Assembly: GCF_009834535.1 (NCBI RefSeq)
Contig: NC_045697.1
Location: 101,744,001 to 101,808,000, forward strand
Origin: Camelus ferus
Lineage: Eukaryota
Direction: 5' to 3'
Length of the DNA: 64,000 bases
In this document: piece by piece, positions 11,981-26,400 of the stretch
Numbering within the stretch: the first letter of the stretch is position 1
How the letters are laid out: each line of letters opens with the position of its first letter
Position numbers and translations under genes: made by a program
The notes under the pieces: generated by a model
The model's input: the letters and a program-made list of their open reading frames with translations, nothing else
The model's database searches: none
Told to the model about the DNA's origin: nothing

Positions 11981-13995
11981 GTAGTAGCAATTTTTTTTTA
12001 AACATCATTAAAAAAAAAAATTTCCCCTTATTAACAGGCTTTCTTTCCCCACTGTGGATATAATCAATACTCCTGAGCCACACTGCTAACTCTTCTCCCT
12101 GTCTGTACCTCCAGCTTGTAAGGGAAATCTCATTCCTACCTTAATGTTCTGCCAATCAGATCAAGTTACTTCCTTCTTTAATTTCAGTCTATGTGGAAGA
12201 GGACAAACCTACACAAGCACATAGATGTGACTGCTGATTTCTTAATAAATCATGGATTTTTGCCAATCCCAAACCCATAACTGATTATAGGAATCATACA
12301 ACACCAAAGAGAGATTACCTTTAAGAAGGAGCAAGAGAATACTTTTTCAAGCTATAGAATAATACAGATAAAGAATAACAAAGTTATGGCAAGGTAAACA
12401 CCACCACACTACAAGGCAAACATGGCAAAGATGCTATTGCAAAATTCTCTGTGTAAATATCTAGTTTTTAACGTCTTCTTCCAACAGATTTCTGCTGTCT
12501 ACGTTTCCTCTGACAGTCACTCTGCTGACTTGGCATCCCAGACATCATTGTGCAAAATGTTCTGGGAATCCAACAGTCAGTTCTCAGCATTTGAGGTCCA
12601 GCCCTCAAGCAGTACTCATAATGCTAGTGTCATCACCAGGATCCGTGTACATTCCCATTATCTCCTTCAAACACTGGAAGGAAGAAAACTAGAGAAATGT
12701 CTATCAAAGGGCCATCAAAGGTAAGGCTGGGAGCAATGCTGTAGTTCACAGCAACCGGGGGTAGCCTGCTTCTCTCGCTGTCATCCTGACTCTCAGAACA
12801 GCCTCCTTGGACCTCCCTTCAGTGCTTTTCAGTGGTACCCTCCAGCTGCAATATTTTTTCTATGACTCTTGTAACCCACTAAAGAAATTCATTGAACAAT
12901 AATGAAATAATATTAACAGGGCCGGTAGGATGCTCTTCCTTGGAAAATGGAATAGATATTTCCATGCCAAAGTAAATTTTCTTAGGTAGAAATTCAATTT
13001 CTTAGCCTGATCTTCAGTGGTTTAAGTTTTTTCCCCTCATCTTCAGCCTTAGTTAAATCATCTTTTCATAGGGAAAATATTCTCAGCAACCTAAGTACAC
13101 CACCAACTTTCCATGAAAATAAACTCCATTTCTCCATTCCCCAGGCCTCCCAGATTTCTGACACATTTGAAATCTTCTTGAGTCTGCCAAAGTCCAAGGA
13201 GTGCCAAATATACCTCATGCGCCAATCTGGTTTTCAGACAGACTTGATACGATGAAGTCGAATTCTGAAAGCCTAGCAGAAAGGAAATGACTTCAATCAG
13301 AAGCAGGCTGGGTTTAAAACTGTCTTGTCTGTATGGTTGCTTTCTTTTTTTCCTGGATGGTTCCAGAAAAAATAAATCTGATTCTTGTGACTGTCTACTT
13401 TGGAAATTGTTTTTTCCGCTCTTTGTCATTCTCTGTGTGAATCCTAATGGACCACTGAAGAGAATTTTCCAGGAGCAAAAGAAAGAGAAGAGCCAATGAA
13501 ATTTAGACTCAGTTTGCTCTTACTAACCTAACTCTCTTTCACTCAGGGGTACGCTGCCGGGTCAGCCAGTAAGGGGACCGTTGTTGAAGGCTCACCTGTT
13601 GTGTGACCTCTGGAAAATGTCTCCTTTAGTCTAGAACCAAGACCAGTTGCAAGAGTTCTCTTTAAGACTCTTTCTAACTCTGCCAGAAATGACTTAGATA
13701 ACCAAGTGGTTCAGGATCAACCCTTTAAAATTTAAAGTGCTTTCGGAAGGAAAACAAGCTTTTTAAAAAAAAAAAAAAAAAAAAAAAGACAAATCCCAAT
13801 GAGAGCAAAGATAACCCTTTAAAATGTGGGAAGGAGCTGAGTCAGACCCTGTCAGCAAGCTTCACTGAGGCCCAGGGACTTGTAACAACAAGACTTTTTA
13901 AAACTTACACAGCAACTTTGTATCCAAAGATCTCAAAGTGTTCTACAAAAGTAAAACTGCCTAACTTTCCATTTGAGGGGGTAGTTTCTCTAAAT

Positions 13996-14197
13996 CAGGG
14001 TTTCTCATCCTTGGCACGACTGGCATTTTGAACTGGATAACTCTGTTGTGGAGGATGTTTAGCAGTGTCCCTGACCTCTCCCCATTAGACGCCAGTAGTA
14101 CCACCATCCTTTCTCCTGGTTGTGACAACCAAAAATGTCTCCGGTCAGTGCCATGTGTCCTTTGGTGGGCAAAATGATACCCAGTTGAGAACCACAG
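13996..14197. mobile_element. MER20 hAT-Charlie element with 8-bp TSD
   Basis: Imperfect TIRs cagggtttctca.../...ttgagaaccacag and core 'gttgtgacaaccaaaaatgtctcc'. TSD ctctaaat (13988-13995) / ttctaaat (14198-14205). Confidence 0.85.
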
Positions 14198-15699
14198 TTC
14201 TAAATGAATAAACCAAAGAACAGAACTGTCAATAAACTTAAATAATAGCATGTAGCCAAAAAGCAGTTGCTGAACTGGAAAAGAAAACGATGACTCCTGA
14301 GTCCCAAGCATTTGACGCTTACCGCCAGTGCACCCTCCTCCATGGAAATGCAAGCCCCTACTTTATTCCCCAGAGCCCCTAATTTATTCCTTGGGTTGGT
14401 TAGTTCTGAAAGCACATCCACTAGTACTGAGTTGTCAGTATAAATGTCCCCTTGTGCTGCATTGCATCCTTGGTTGGGTTGAATACATCTGATTGGTGTT
14501 ACTCTCCTGGGGTGGAGGTGGAGGTGGAGCTGGTGTCACTAAGTAAGTTCTGAGACTAACTTCGGTCTCAAAGGGAGCAAGTCTGTAGAGCAGGCAATGG
14601 ACCAGAAGCAACCCTGTAACTGTCAATGCAGAATCTTTTCTAGCTCAAAGCCTTTACTAAGAGCAGAGCTGCTCATGGGCAGGATGGGGTGGGATGTGGA
14701 GCACACAGGATGACTGAACCGAGCAGATGAGAGACTTTCCCATTCTGTTACCTGGTAAGTCGCTGAACCACATTAATTTTTGTCAGAGCACTGTTTGGAA
14801 ATGATTGCAACGTGGACTTTTGTTCATTGATTTAAACAGCACCTTTCATTTGCGTATCAATTTTTCGATATGTCAGTGCCTGTCTCTCAATAAATCCTAA
14901 AAGACTGGTCCCCACCTTCTTCTTTGTTCACACTGGTGTGTGAACTTGTTGATCTCCCAAAATGAGTCAGCAAAGTCAGGTACCAATTAATCTGAGCAAC
15001 AAACCACCTCAAGCAGTTTGGGAATAGAGACAGGTGTAGGAAATTATTTTAAAAACAAACTCTGCAAGACACAAAAACGAAGTGGGATGGCATGCTGGTG
15101 TAACTATTACACAAAGCTAGGTATAAACCTCCACCATTCAGCTCTGTGTCATTCACTGAACATATGTTGAGGACCCACGGGCTCTAAGACCCTGTGTTGA
15201 TAATCTGGAGAACATAAGAACACCCAGAGTCAGGCTCTGCTTTGATTTTTTTTTTTTTTTTGCATAAGCTAACAGATAAACTATTGCATATGCATAAGTA
15301 ATTATCCTGTGAGGCAGAAGGTAATCAGTGCTTTAAAAAGGAATAGGCAAAGTGTCTGTTTTTGGCATTCACAATTTTTGGTCTCATTATACCACAAAGA
15401 ATTAAGTTTTCATCACGAAAGTGTAACTGGTATGGAGTAAAAGGAACCCTAAATTTAGGGTCAAAAAAATCTGGGCTGAAACCTGTATTTTCATTCTCTA
15501 GACACATACCTCTGAGCATGTTCCTTTACCTCTCTGAGCCTCTCTCTTCACCTCTCTGAGCCTCTCTGCCTGGTCTACAAAAAGAGAACAATATTGCCTC
15601 CAAGGGTAATTCTGAAGAGCATAACTTTTGTTAAATTTTCAGACAAACGTGAGAATCTCTAGTGCTGGGATTTAATCACAGCTAAACGTGGTTTATAGC

Positions 15700-15930
15700 T
15701 TACCTTGTGCAAAGTCCCTTAATATATTATCTTTAACCTACATGGTAATCCTATGAAATAGGCATCATTCATTATCTCCCTTTTACAGATAAGAAAATGG
15801 AAGGCCAGAGAGGTTAAGTGATTTGTCTGAAGTCACACAGCTGGCATTCAACAGACTGTTGAGTCGACTGAACCTAGGCCTACGGAACTTGAGAGCATGT
15901 GTAATTTCCACGTTGCCATGTTGCCATTTT
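15700..15930 (-). mobile_element. MIR SINE
   Basis: 'ttttacagataagaaaatggaaggccagagaggttaagtgatttgtctgaagtcacacagct'. Confidence 0.8.
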
Positions 15931-17564
15931 ACCATAGCCGCTATTTTGCATGAAAGAACAAAAAATATGAATAAACAAGTTCATACGGCACTCGAAATAC
16001 AGGGACTGATAAAATAACCATCAAAAAAAAATCCTGATTTACGATATTTCAAGGGGAAAAAAAAAAGAACAAATACAAGTTACTCTCAACAGGACTCTTA
16101 AGAACGTGAGACAAGAAACAGGTGTGAGGATGCTCGCAGAGGTCTGGTCCTCCTCTTTGTTTCAACACTTGAGCAGAATGAGGGCCTGGAAGCCTCAGGA
16201 GCTTTTCTGTGTTCACGTTTGAACTCAAACCCAGCACACCCCTCTCACTCAGAGAGAAAGAGGGGGCCAGGATATCACTGTGTTCTGGAATATGAAGATG
16301 AGAAACAACTGGCTAGTTCTCCTCAAGACATATAGGCAGTTTCTATTTGGCAGCTCACAGTATGACACACCAGGTCAAAATCATCTATTCTTATGCTTTA
16401 CAGATTGAAAAGGGTCCTTTTCTGGGGGAGAACAGGGAGACACAGCATTGTGAAACACACGAGGGCCAATGGGATTCAGGGAGACTCCCTTGTAAAGTAC
16501 TCTCCTATGGGCTGGCTGCGAGGGGCCACCTCATTTAATCCTTAGGACAGGAGATGTGGGGCCTGGGCTCTATCACTGTTTTGCAGATGAGAAAACTGAG
16601 GTGTGATGACCCTAGTGTCTTCCCCAAGGTGTCTCTGGGTAGTCATTTGTGTTGCTTTATGGGAGCCGGCCACCTTCAACTTGAGGGGTGTCCTCTCATC
16701 TCCGTCCCCCTTTCCCAGGGCCTACCTTGTTCCCTGAGTACAGATTCACTTCCCAGTCACCTGCACGTCACTCTGCTCACCTTCCATCAGGCACACGGGG
16801 GGGACACCAGCTGGCACACACACCAGCACCGACATTTAATAGTATTTTCCCACGGCCCACGACCTTTGAACTGACCAATATTTGGCAGCCAACTCAGTTA
16901 TCTGTAAAAGGCTTGCACGACTCTGGCAAACTCCAGCCACAAAAGTGAGTTTCTACCATCCAAGGGAATGATTCGCACCATGGAAGGGAAACTTCATCCC
17001 AGCCCAAGCAAAGAATGAGGAAGATAAATCTTTAGGAAAAAAGAAATCTCCAAAGCCAAAGAGAAACTCATTCTTTTTGGATGATCTATCACCCTCCTCC
17101 CATAAGGCAGATCATTAGGGTTACCTGGAATCTCTAATCTTACACCAGCGCCAAAAACTAGGTATTAATCTATTTTTATAGATGATGAAAATTAGCCTCA
17201 GAGGTTAAGCAACGTGCCCCGGCCCATCCAGGTGGTAAGTGCCAGGACTGAGGTTCTTCAAACTCACTCACCTTTGGTAAGGCCCTCCCCTCCCGAGAAA
17301 ACAAACAGCCGAGCGAAATGAAGGGGAAACACTCCTTCTCTTTGAGCGCATGATTGAAAACAGTCAAAACTTTTGGCTCAATGATCCAGCCTTCCACCTT
17401 TTTGGCTACCTATGGTGAATGTCCAAAAGGACAGTCATTCCACGTCCACATACTCTGTTACCTGCTGAGGTTCCGACTACAGGTCGCTCCTCCTCCACTG
17501 AGCTGGGCAGGCACAGCCTCACTAGCTTAATTAAGACTTAGCCTAGAAATAGGCTTTCTGAGGC

Positions 17565-17748
17565 CAGCGGTTCCCAATTTGAATCTGCACCAGCAGAACC
17601 GTGAGGGCTTGTTAAAGCGCAGGCTCTAAGCACGGAGGTTTGGAGTCAGCAGATCTGGGCTGGGGGCTGAGAATCTGCATTTCTTTCATTTTCTCTGGTG
17701 ATGCCGATGCAGCTGGTCTGGCTGGGGACCACATTCTGAGAATCGCTT
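17565..17748. mobile_element. MER5A hAT-Charlie MITE
   Basis: 'ggggctgagaatctgcatttct...ggtgatgccgatgcagctggtc...ggggaccaca.tctgagaatc'. Confidence 0.75.
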
Positions 17749-20365
17749 TTCCAGACCCACACTCAGACCTTGTCCCCGGGGGTCTACGTCTCCAGAAGCA
17801 GGAGGAGATAAGACAAATTCAAGGAAAGAGTGCTTCTGCATCAGGTCGAGAGCAGCTGGCCAGTGCCTCCCTCCCCGAGAGCCCTACTCAGTTCCTTCTA
17901 GAACCTCCGAAGATGCAACGGGCCCTTCTGATTGACAGGCTACCCAGTCCCACCTCTTTGAACCAGACATCAGGAAAAAAGAAAAAAGAAAAAGAACATT
18001 GATAGGACCATCTGAAGGGCAAATTAAATTCCCCAGCCCTCCCAAAGGGTACTTAACTCCACGCAGTAGGAAAAAAGTGTTAACCTCCTTGCCCCTCCCC
18101 TAGAAATTCCACTCCTTAGCATCATGACCCAATTATTGATCTTCCTTTTTGTGGGGGAGCTGGATTCAGCTTAGATGTGTCACCATCAAGGTTGACAGTC
18201 TCATGCTGTGTCAAACAAACTACATTTTGCAAAGACATTTATCACAAAATAAAGGAACCGATACACCTACTAAAAATATCCTTCCAGAAATCTTACTTGA
18301 CTATCCCAGAGAAACATGCACAAAAACAAATCGACACCATCAACACATGGGAACTCCCGGTTCTTTTTTCTCTTTAGACTAATGGTTTCTGAAAGTGTTT
18401 TTAACCATGCAGATCAGAGAGGCTGGAGTCAACTCTATAACATTTGATGGCTGCTGGGGTAACTATTGATTTTTTTTTCACCTCAAATGACACTCAATTA
18501 AGGAACATGGACAAATCATTACTGTTTCCAGCTTGAACGGTAATTTATAAAGTTTAAGGGGTTAGAACATAAGAAGTATTTTTAGCATGGAAGATGTGTT
18601 ACAGGCTGGAATGCTTGTGGGAAATATCTCTTACATGAAGAATTCCTGCTCCAAAATGCCTTGATTAATTAACACAAACATCTTTGAGGAAAAAGGGCGC
18701 AGCATCTCATGTCTGGCAGGACACTGGCAGGGTTCTTTGGAAACTCCAAAGCAAGCCAAATGCAGTGAAGCCAGGCCCCTTGCATTCATGGCTGGTCCAG
18801 TTCCAGGGAAACGCCTTGGGCTTGGGAGAGCTCTGGAAAGGCTCTGCTCTAGTTGGCACTGAACCGAAGTCCATTTTGCCTTCTGCTCCCAGGTCCCCCA
18901 AGAGAGTGAGTCAGCCTCAGCGCCCTGGGGGTGTGAGCTGTGCTGAGCCCTGGAGGAACCGCATCAAGAATAACCCCAGTGCCCTGCCAGTTCTTCACCC
19001 TGAGACTGTCCTTCCAGAACTCTACACTGGAATGAAGGATTATGGAAAAGAAATACAGTATTTACTGAAAGTATCCTGCTGAGATTTTTTTTAACATATG
19101 TTATTTTGTTTAGTTCTCACATTAACCCTGCAAGACAGGGATGAGCCTCTTCTATTACACACGGGGGGACAAAGGGTGTTCAGGGAGGTTCAGTAATGTG
19201 CTCAGCATCACACAGCACATTAGTGACAGATCTCAGATAAGGGCCAGAGCCGGGTCACTCCAAAGTCACCATCTAGTCTACCAGATCCCTCTCATTATCT
19301 ACAGGAAGGGGAAAAAATTCACAACAGGTCTACAAAATTTATTTTTAAGCCATTCAGACAGTGAGTGGGGAACAAGCAGTTGGCAGGTTTTCATCAATGT
19401 CAAGGAGTGATTCCTACCACCAGGTCCTTGGGCAACACTTGCAGTAGGTACTTCTGGGTTTACAACCTTCCCATCTCCTGGCTCCCCTCCTACCACCCAG
19501 AGCCTGCATTATCCCCTCTATCAGAGCTCCCTTCCAGCTTCTGGAGTTTTCCAGAACCCTGATGTGGTCTCTCATTCAGTGTTATAAAGACCATGTAATT
19601 GTAATAGTGTCTCCCCTACAAGAAAAAAAAATCTAGTAAGAGAGGCAAATGTCTCTTGCTTAAAAATGAATAAACATTTCCCTTCCCCCACCTACCTCTT
19701 ATCAATAATTCCACTGCTTCCATATACATGGGCTCAACTTGTGAAATGAGAGTAAAATGTTGTCTGAGTAATTTGCACCACGCAAATGACAAATGGGTTC
19801 ATCTCTTCAAAGAGAAATCTGTGTTTTAGAGCTTTCAATGAATTCTAATGCTGCATGGGGAGTTTTATGAGCTGGGAGGGTTTTTCTAGATGTATTCCTT
19901 CCTGACTCGATCTTTCATCCCCCAAGCAGTGAAGGGACTGCTTACACAGGCATCCCCCACATGAAAGTCGTTCATATCTGGTCTGACATGACCAGGTTTT
20001 GACTTGGTGAGCCTTCCCACGTCTGTGGTTTCTCCCAAATAAAGAGATGTAATCTTTCCATGAATAATCTTCTACCGGGGAGTGGGAATGATGCCAAGAA
20101 AACCCACTGGAGTCAAAGGCAGCTGTGAGATTTCCCCAAATTCCAGAAGAACTGAATGATGTAGTTTCCTCCCCAAATATTTCATTAACTAATATATGTC
20201 ACAAAACTTCAAAAAAAATTTTATGCAAAGTAGTCAAAATACTCTTTGTTCAGACATGCTACTTGCTTAGGATTGTTGAATAGCTGGAAAGTCTTGTTTA
20301 GCATTGGAGCACACAACAGCCAGAGCCACAGCAACTCTGAGAAACTGAAATGTTAAACTTGACAT

Positions 20366-21170
20366 TTATCTTTTTATTTGAAGTATAGTTTTATAATGTT
20401 GCGTGAATTTCTGGTGTACAGCATAGTGATTCAGTTATACACATATACATTTTCCTTTTCCTATTCTTTTTCATTATAGGTTATTATAAGTTGTTGAATA
20501 TAGTTCCCTCTATGATACAGCAGAAATTTGTTGTTTATCTATTTTATATACAGTAGTTAGTATCTGCAAATTTCAAACTCCCAATCTATCCCTTCCCTCT
20601 CCCCTTCCCCCCAATAATCATATTTGTTTTCTATGTCTGTGAGTCTGTTTGTAAATAAGTTCATTTGTGTCATTTTGTTTAGATTCTACATATAAGTGAT
20701 ATTGTATGGTAGTTGTCTTTCTCTTTCTGGCTTACTTCACTTAGTATGACGATCTCCAGGTCTATCTGTGTTACTGCAAATGGCATTATTTTATTCTTTT
20801 TTATGGCTGAGCAGTATTCCATTGTGTGTGTGTGTATATCACAACTTCTTTATCAATCATCTGTTGATGGACATTTAGGTCACTTCCATGTCTTGGTTAT
20901 TGTAAATAGTGCTGCTGTGAACATTGGGGTGCATGTATCTTTTCAAATTAGCGTTTTCTCTGGATATATGCCCAAGACTGGGATTGCTGGATCATATGGT
21001 AACTCTATTTTTAGTTTTTTAACGCATCTCCATACTGTTCTCCATAGTGACTGCACCAAACTACATTCCCACCAACAGTGTAGGAGTTTCCTTTTCTCCA
21101 CACCCTCTCCAGCATTTATCATTTGTAGACTTTTTAATGATGGCCATTTTGATCAGTATGAGATGATACT
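20366..21170 (-). mobile_element. 5'-truncated L1 (ORF2 C-terminus plus 3' UTR)
   Basis: Homologous to 35626-36363. The + strand ORF 20713-21180 is the typical antisense-L1 translation. Confidence 0.9.
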
Positions 21171-21599
21171 TCACTTTTGAGGCAAAAGTTACATAAAGTT
21201 TTCTTTTTCTTATTATTAAGAAATAATCATCTGTGCACTCAGAAATTCAACACTGTATGTTCCAGAGCAGATGGGACAGAGACTCCTTTCCTGATGTGGA
21301 AGGTCAAGCTTGCTTCCTGTAATAGTTGGAAATGAAAAGAGGGAAAAATGTGAATAGTGGGCACAGGAAACATAGGTATATGCAGGTAGAACCTAGGAAA
21401 CACAGGTAGAAAACTCTGCCTTCTGCTCTTCATCACCTAATCTACATTCTGACCAGTCACTGGCTCTGAAGGCACCTGTTCTAGGGATGAGCGATGTTAG
21501 AAATGTCAGAAGAGCAGAGTATTGCAGACTATCACCTCGGAGCCTTTTCACACACCATACACTTCAGTACCCCCAGCCTCCTACCTGTCTCTCAGTCAT

Positions 21600-21970
21600 T
21601 ACCAGGCCCTGTGTCCTTGGGCCTTTGCCCAAGCTATTTCCTCCTCCAGGCACACACTCACCCAACCCTCAATTTTCCTCCTGCTAATTAAGTGTTATTC
21701 ATTTCTCAAGTCCCATCTCAAATGTAACTTTCTTCAAGATGCCTTTCCTGATCCTTCTCCAGGAGGGCACATTTCTTAAGCACTATCTTTGGATTTACCA
21801 AATAAGCCTTCTATTATAGTTATTTGTGTTTAGTACTTGTCATTTCCCCCCTACTAGAACACCCACCAGGAAGGGAACCGTGGCTTCCCCATCCTTGCAC
21901 TTGTGGTGATGCTTGGCACAATGTCTTGAGCACAGAAGATAACCAATAGATATGTTATTTAATGGAAGTG
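21600..21970 (+). mobile_element. L2 LINE 3' fragment
   Basis: 'tattcatttctcaagtcccatctcaaatgtaac...gccttt cctga...ctactagaac...ggcacaatgtcttg' matches the L2 tail pattern. Confidence 0.6.
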
Positions 21971-23078
21971 AGGAGGAAACTATGGAGGGGAAAGAAGAGA
22001 CATAATCCTAGAACAGTCCCTGCTTTCTCCCTTGGAAAAAGGAAAGAAAGATCTTTTTTAAACTCTTCCCATCTCCCAGGACTCTTGCCCTGTCTTGCTC
22101 TGAATATGAAATTCAGGTTATTATTCTTGCATTTTCCCTTCAGTTAGTTGTGATCCTGAACAGAGGTGAGAATACTGGTCTAGAGGGACCAGGGTGGGCA
22201 CAGGCTGGTGCTCACTATGCAGAACAGGAAGTAACAGGAGACTAGGGTTTGGATAACCGGGACTGTTTGTTCTCTCTCACATGAACTCGCTCGGCAGCCT
22301 TGCAGGTCAGTCTCTACATTGAAGCTTTATATCCAGTTCAAAAATATTATAATTCATTTGTGACTTTTTGACATCTGGGGACCTCTAACAACAGATTCTA
22401 GCATCCTGTGGCTTTGTGGTCTCCTCTAGGCAATGGTATAGATCAGCCTAATTTTTTTTTTTTATAGAATACTGAAAAATAGGCCATTCTGTTTATTTGA
22501 CTTATCAGGTTAAAACATAATTACATATATGGCATAGGAAAATTACCGTACTCAAAGATACAACATTCAGCAAGATTTAATGAACACTAAACATAAGATT
22601 AACATAATTTCATTTTTGTTAGAATGTCCTTGAAGATTTAAAAATAATTCACAATTAGTTACTATTATACAGGACTGTAAAAAAATATTGAAATCTCTAG
22701 CATTGTGGAAAATGGTTGGCTTTTTTTTTTTTTAACATTACTCCAATATGATACAAATATAATAGAAAAAACTAGCTTCCCAAATTTACACTACTTGAGG
22801 AATACAGTTTATGAAATATATGTGAGGATTATAGTTATCTCATCCTGTTATCTATATAATTTCACCAAGCTATTATTAATATCAATGTTATAGTCATATA
22901 TCTACATGTACTTCTTTAAAAAATCCACAATATGCATATAGAATACCATATTCATGATGTGACAAACGTGAATTCTAAATAAAAGCAACAACGATAACAA
23001 TCACACTGAATAGTTACTCTTTTCCAGGCACTAAGTTCCTTATATTATCTCATTCTTTTTTTTTCGTTGCTATAATTA

Positions 23079-23490
23079 ACTTTATTTTTTTAAATTGAAA
23101 TACAGTCAGTTGATAATGTTGTATCAATTTCTGGTGCACAGCATAATGTTTCAGTCGTACATGGACATACATATATCCCTTTTTATATTCTTTATCATTC
23201 ATACACAAGATATGAATATAGTTCCCTGTACTACACCACAGAAACTTGTTTATTTATTTTATATATAGTAGTTAGTATCTGCAAATCTCGAACTCTCAAT
23301 TTATCCCTTCCCACCCCTTTTCCCCCCTGGTAACTATAAATTTGCTCTCTTTGTCTGTGAGTCTGTTTCTGTTTTGTAAATAAGTACATTTGTGCTGGTT
23401 TTTTAGATTCCATAGATAAGTGATATCTTTCTCTTGCCGGCTTACTTCACTTAGTATGACGATCTCCAGGTCTATCCATGTTGCTGCAAA
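23079..23490 (-). mobile_element. 5'-truncated young L1
   Basis: High identity to 20370-20780 and 35640-36060. Confidence 0.9.
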
Positions 23491-26400
23491 ACAACCTAAT
23501 TTTTTAACCCCAATCGAAACGTCATTTTAGGTAGCTCAGGAAAGATTCTCCCTGTTAAGTACTTTCACAGTGCCTGATTACCCTTGGGACATTTTATGTT
23601 TACTAATAACTCAGTAGTTCCCATTCCAGCAAGGGTGGACTCCCCCACGGAGCAGCCTCACCCAAGTCCGCTGCCAAGGCTTCTCTTCCCACACCACCAC
23701 TGCCCACCGGGGGCCGGGGCCAGGCTTTCTGTCCTCAAGGGCTGGTGCTCCGGAAGGACCTGAACTGCGGACAAGGAGGAGAAGTCAATTCACAGCCGTG
23801 TGCACAGTTTCCTTAAGACTTTGGCCCCTCTCCAGGGGTGGTGTGAGGTTAAGGAGAGGCTTGCCCTTGGCTACCCTGCATCTGCTCTGGTCATTTCTGT
23901 GTAGTGTGTCCAGCACAGCCTCCCTCCTCTTCCTTCCCTCCCCGCCCCGATCCTGTGCGCTCTGCCAACCTTGGCTGCAGCCAGGTAACTCACTTTCAGT
24001 CCCCCTTCTTACCGGGGTAATCTACTTCCATTATCTCAACTCTAGCTCCGAAGTTGGAAACTGAATAGTACCTATTGCTTCCTCCTCGGCTGACCACTCC
24101 GGATTTTGTTAGTTTCCCAGGAACAAGCCAACTAGAGGCTCAGAGGTCAGAGCTGGGAGACCTGGGGGCCAGGGCTAGCGCTCTCAGACTCGATGATGAA
24201 TCCTCCTCCAAGCGGCTATGCCCAGGGGCACTTCCTAGACCAATCAGACCTGAGAAAGGAGAAATGGGTTTCTTTTTCCCTAGCCTGCTTACCCCCAAGC
24301 CCATCCCACCCCCAGCACACGCCTGTGTCAGGTTCTGAATAGCCCAGTCTCAGTATTTTTCTCTGTGAGTCCCTCTTCCCACGTGCCCCCTGCAACAAAG
24401 GCCTGTAGAGGAGACTCTGCCTCTTTCCTGTAGGTGAGTGAGAAGATGCCCAAACTCCCCACATCATTGCACTTTCGCCTATAAAACAAGTGGTGCCAAG
24501 TGACAGAGGATGAAACAGAAGCTGAGGGTACCCAAGACAATGTCTACCTGCTTTGCAGTTTCTCCAGGGGCCACCCTATATGATCCTCAACAATGTACCT
24601 TCAACTCTTTTCCAGTCACACTGGCAGGTGTGCAAGGAAGTGTCAATGCCTGGAAGCTCTGCAGACACATCTCCTGGGAATCCTTCCCGAGGATGGGAGG
24701 AAGGATAGTAGATCTCTTCCCCATCCAATTCTTTAGCCTGATTTTCTTCAGCAAATTCGCAAGTACAAAGGAAGAGGACAAGTGTAGCAGTTCAGTGTGG
24801 GGTCTTGAAGTCAGGGAAGTCTGGCTTCAAACTGTGACTGCGATTCACGAGTTTTATGGCTTTCAGCTTTCCTGGTCTGTCTTTCCTCCAGTGACTAATG
24901 GAGATCACATAGGGGCTGTGAAGATAGTACACCTCCTTAGCACCGTTTAGACTCAACATTGGTGGTCATTACCAGTATTGAGCAAGGTCTCAAGTCCACC
25001 TGGTAATATGTGTGAATGGCGCCCCCGAAACTGTGCCAGTCAGTGCGTGCCTGCAGCAACATTTTATCCATAGCCCTGGGAGACGTAAGTAAAAAGGAGG
25101 GTCTTCAAAGTCCACGTGAAGCAGAAGGTAGACAGCTAGTGGGAAATTCTCAGCAGCAGCAATTCCATTTCCAATTTTGCCTGAGTATAAATTTGGTTCA
25201 GGGCAATTCTGGAGCTAGAGAGAAAGTAATTCTTTTTTTTTTTTTTTTCCTACATCAAGGGAATGTATGATACATTGCAGAACTTACTTAAAAAGGAGAC
25301 TTGCTTTTTTGAGCCAATAAACACCTTGGACTTTTTAAAAGAACACTGTAAAAAATAGAAACGAACTTCATTACTTCAAGTTCACGTCAGGGAACACTAA
25401 CCAGAATTTCTGAGTGTGTAATGGGGTATTAGGCACGAGCAGGAGGGATGTTATGCAGATTAGACATAATTAGACAGGATGGTTAGACATAATCGTCGCC
25501 ATCAGGGAGCTTCTAGTATTAAGTGCAGCGATCCTTAACCTGAGGTTACAGTGAGCCTCGGAGGACTCGTGAGCCTCCTGAAATTGTATATACAATTGTG
25601 TGTGTATTTGCGAGCAATGTCTGGTGAGCTTTCTTCAGATTCTCAAAGGGATCCACAAAAATTAAAAAAAAAAAAGATTTAGAACCACAGATCAAGACAG
25701 AAGAATCATTTACTTGTAGCAATTTTCCTATGGAATGCCACAAAAATAGACTATTCACAGTCATCTAATTCTGGGTTTCTCACTCTGGTTTAGATAAAGG
25801 ACGAGCTTAATTCTCGGCCTGCGGAATCTAAAGATACCCTGGGTCTTTCATTCCTCTGTAAACATGTGATTTTTCAATACATTTGGATTTCTCAGAAATC
25901 GTTCACAAAACTTGTGCCAACTTGGTATATTCCTTGTGGGCTGCCGTGAGCCACACGATAATTTATGACCAGCCCGCTGTGTTGAGCCCTCCTCCCTGTA
26001 TGACTAACAGGAAGAGAAGTTTGGCAGCCACACAGCCTTAATGAATGAAAAATGCAAACTTTGCAAAACCTTCTGCATTGAAATCCCCCGGAGTCTTGAT
26101 GGAGACACAGTTCCAAAAAGCCTGCATTTCCAAGATGCAATTTACTGCCCTCAGAGGTTTGCTGTGGGCCACCCAATGTACATAGGCCTTATTCAAACAG
26201 ATTTTATCAGCCAAGCAGATATAGTGATTTTTATGATAAAATGGGGAAATTTGTTGAAACGAGATGCTTCAGCTGAGCGCAAGAAGTCACATCTTATTGA
26301 TACATATTTCAGTCTGATTTGCACACAGGGTCAGGAGAGAGACTGAACTCTGACTCCGCATTGCTCTGCTGCCTTCCACCACTGAATCTTGAAGAAGGAA

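Noticed and set aside
13091..13499. Possible processed pseudogene or coding exon in unique sequence
   Set aside because: No recognisable protein similarity, poly-A/TSD structure or convincing splice-site pair.
15528..15567. 18-bp direct repeat ACCTCTCTGAGCCTCTCT x2
   Set aside because: A simple slippage duplication within a decayed MIR core; not an array.
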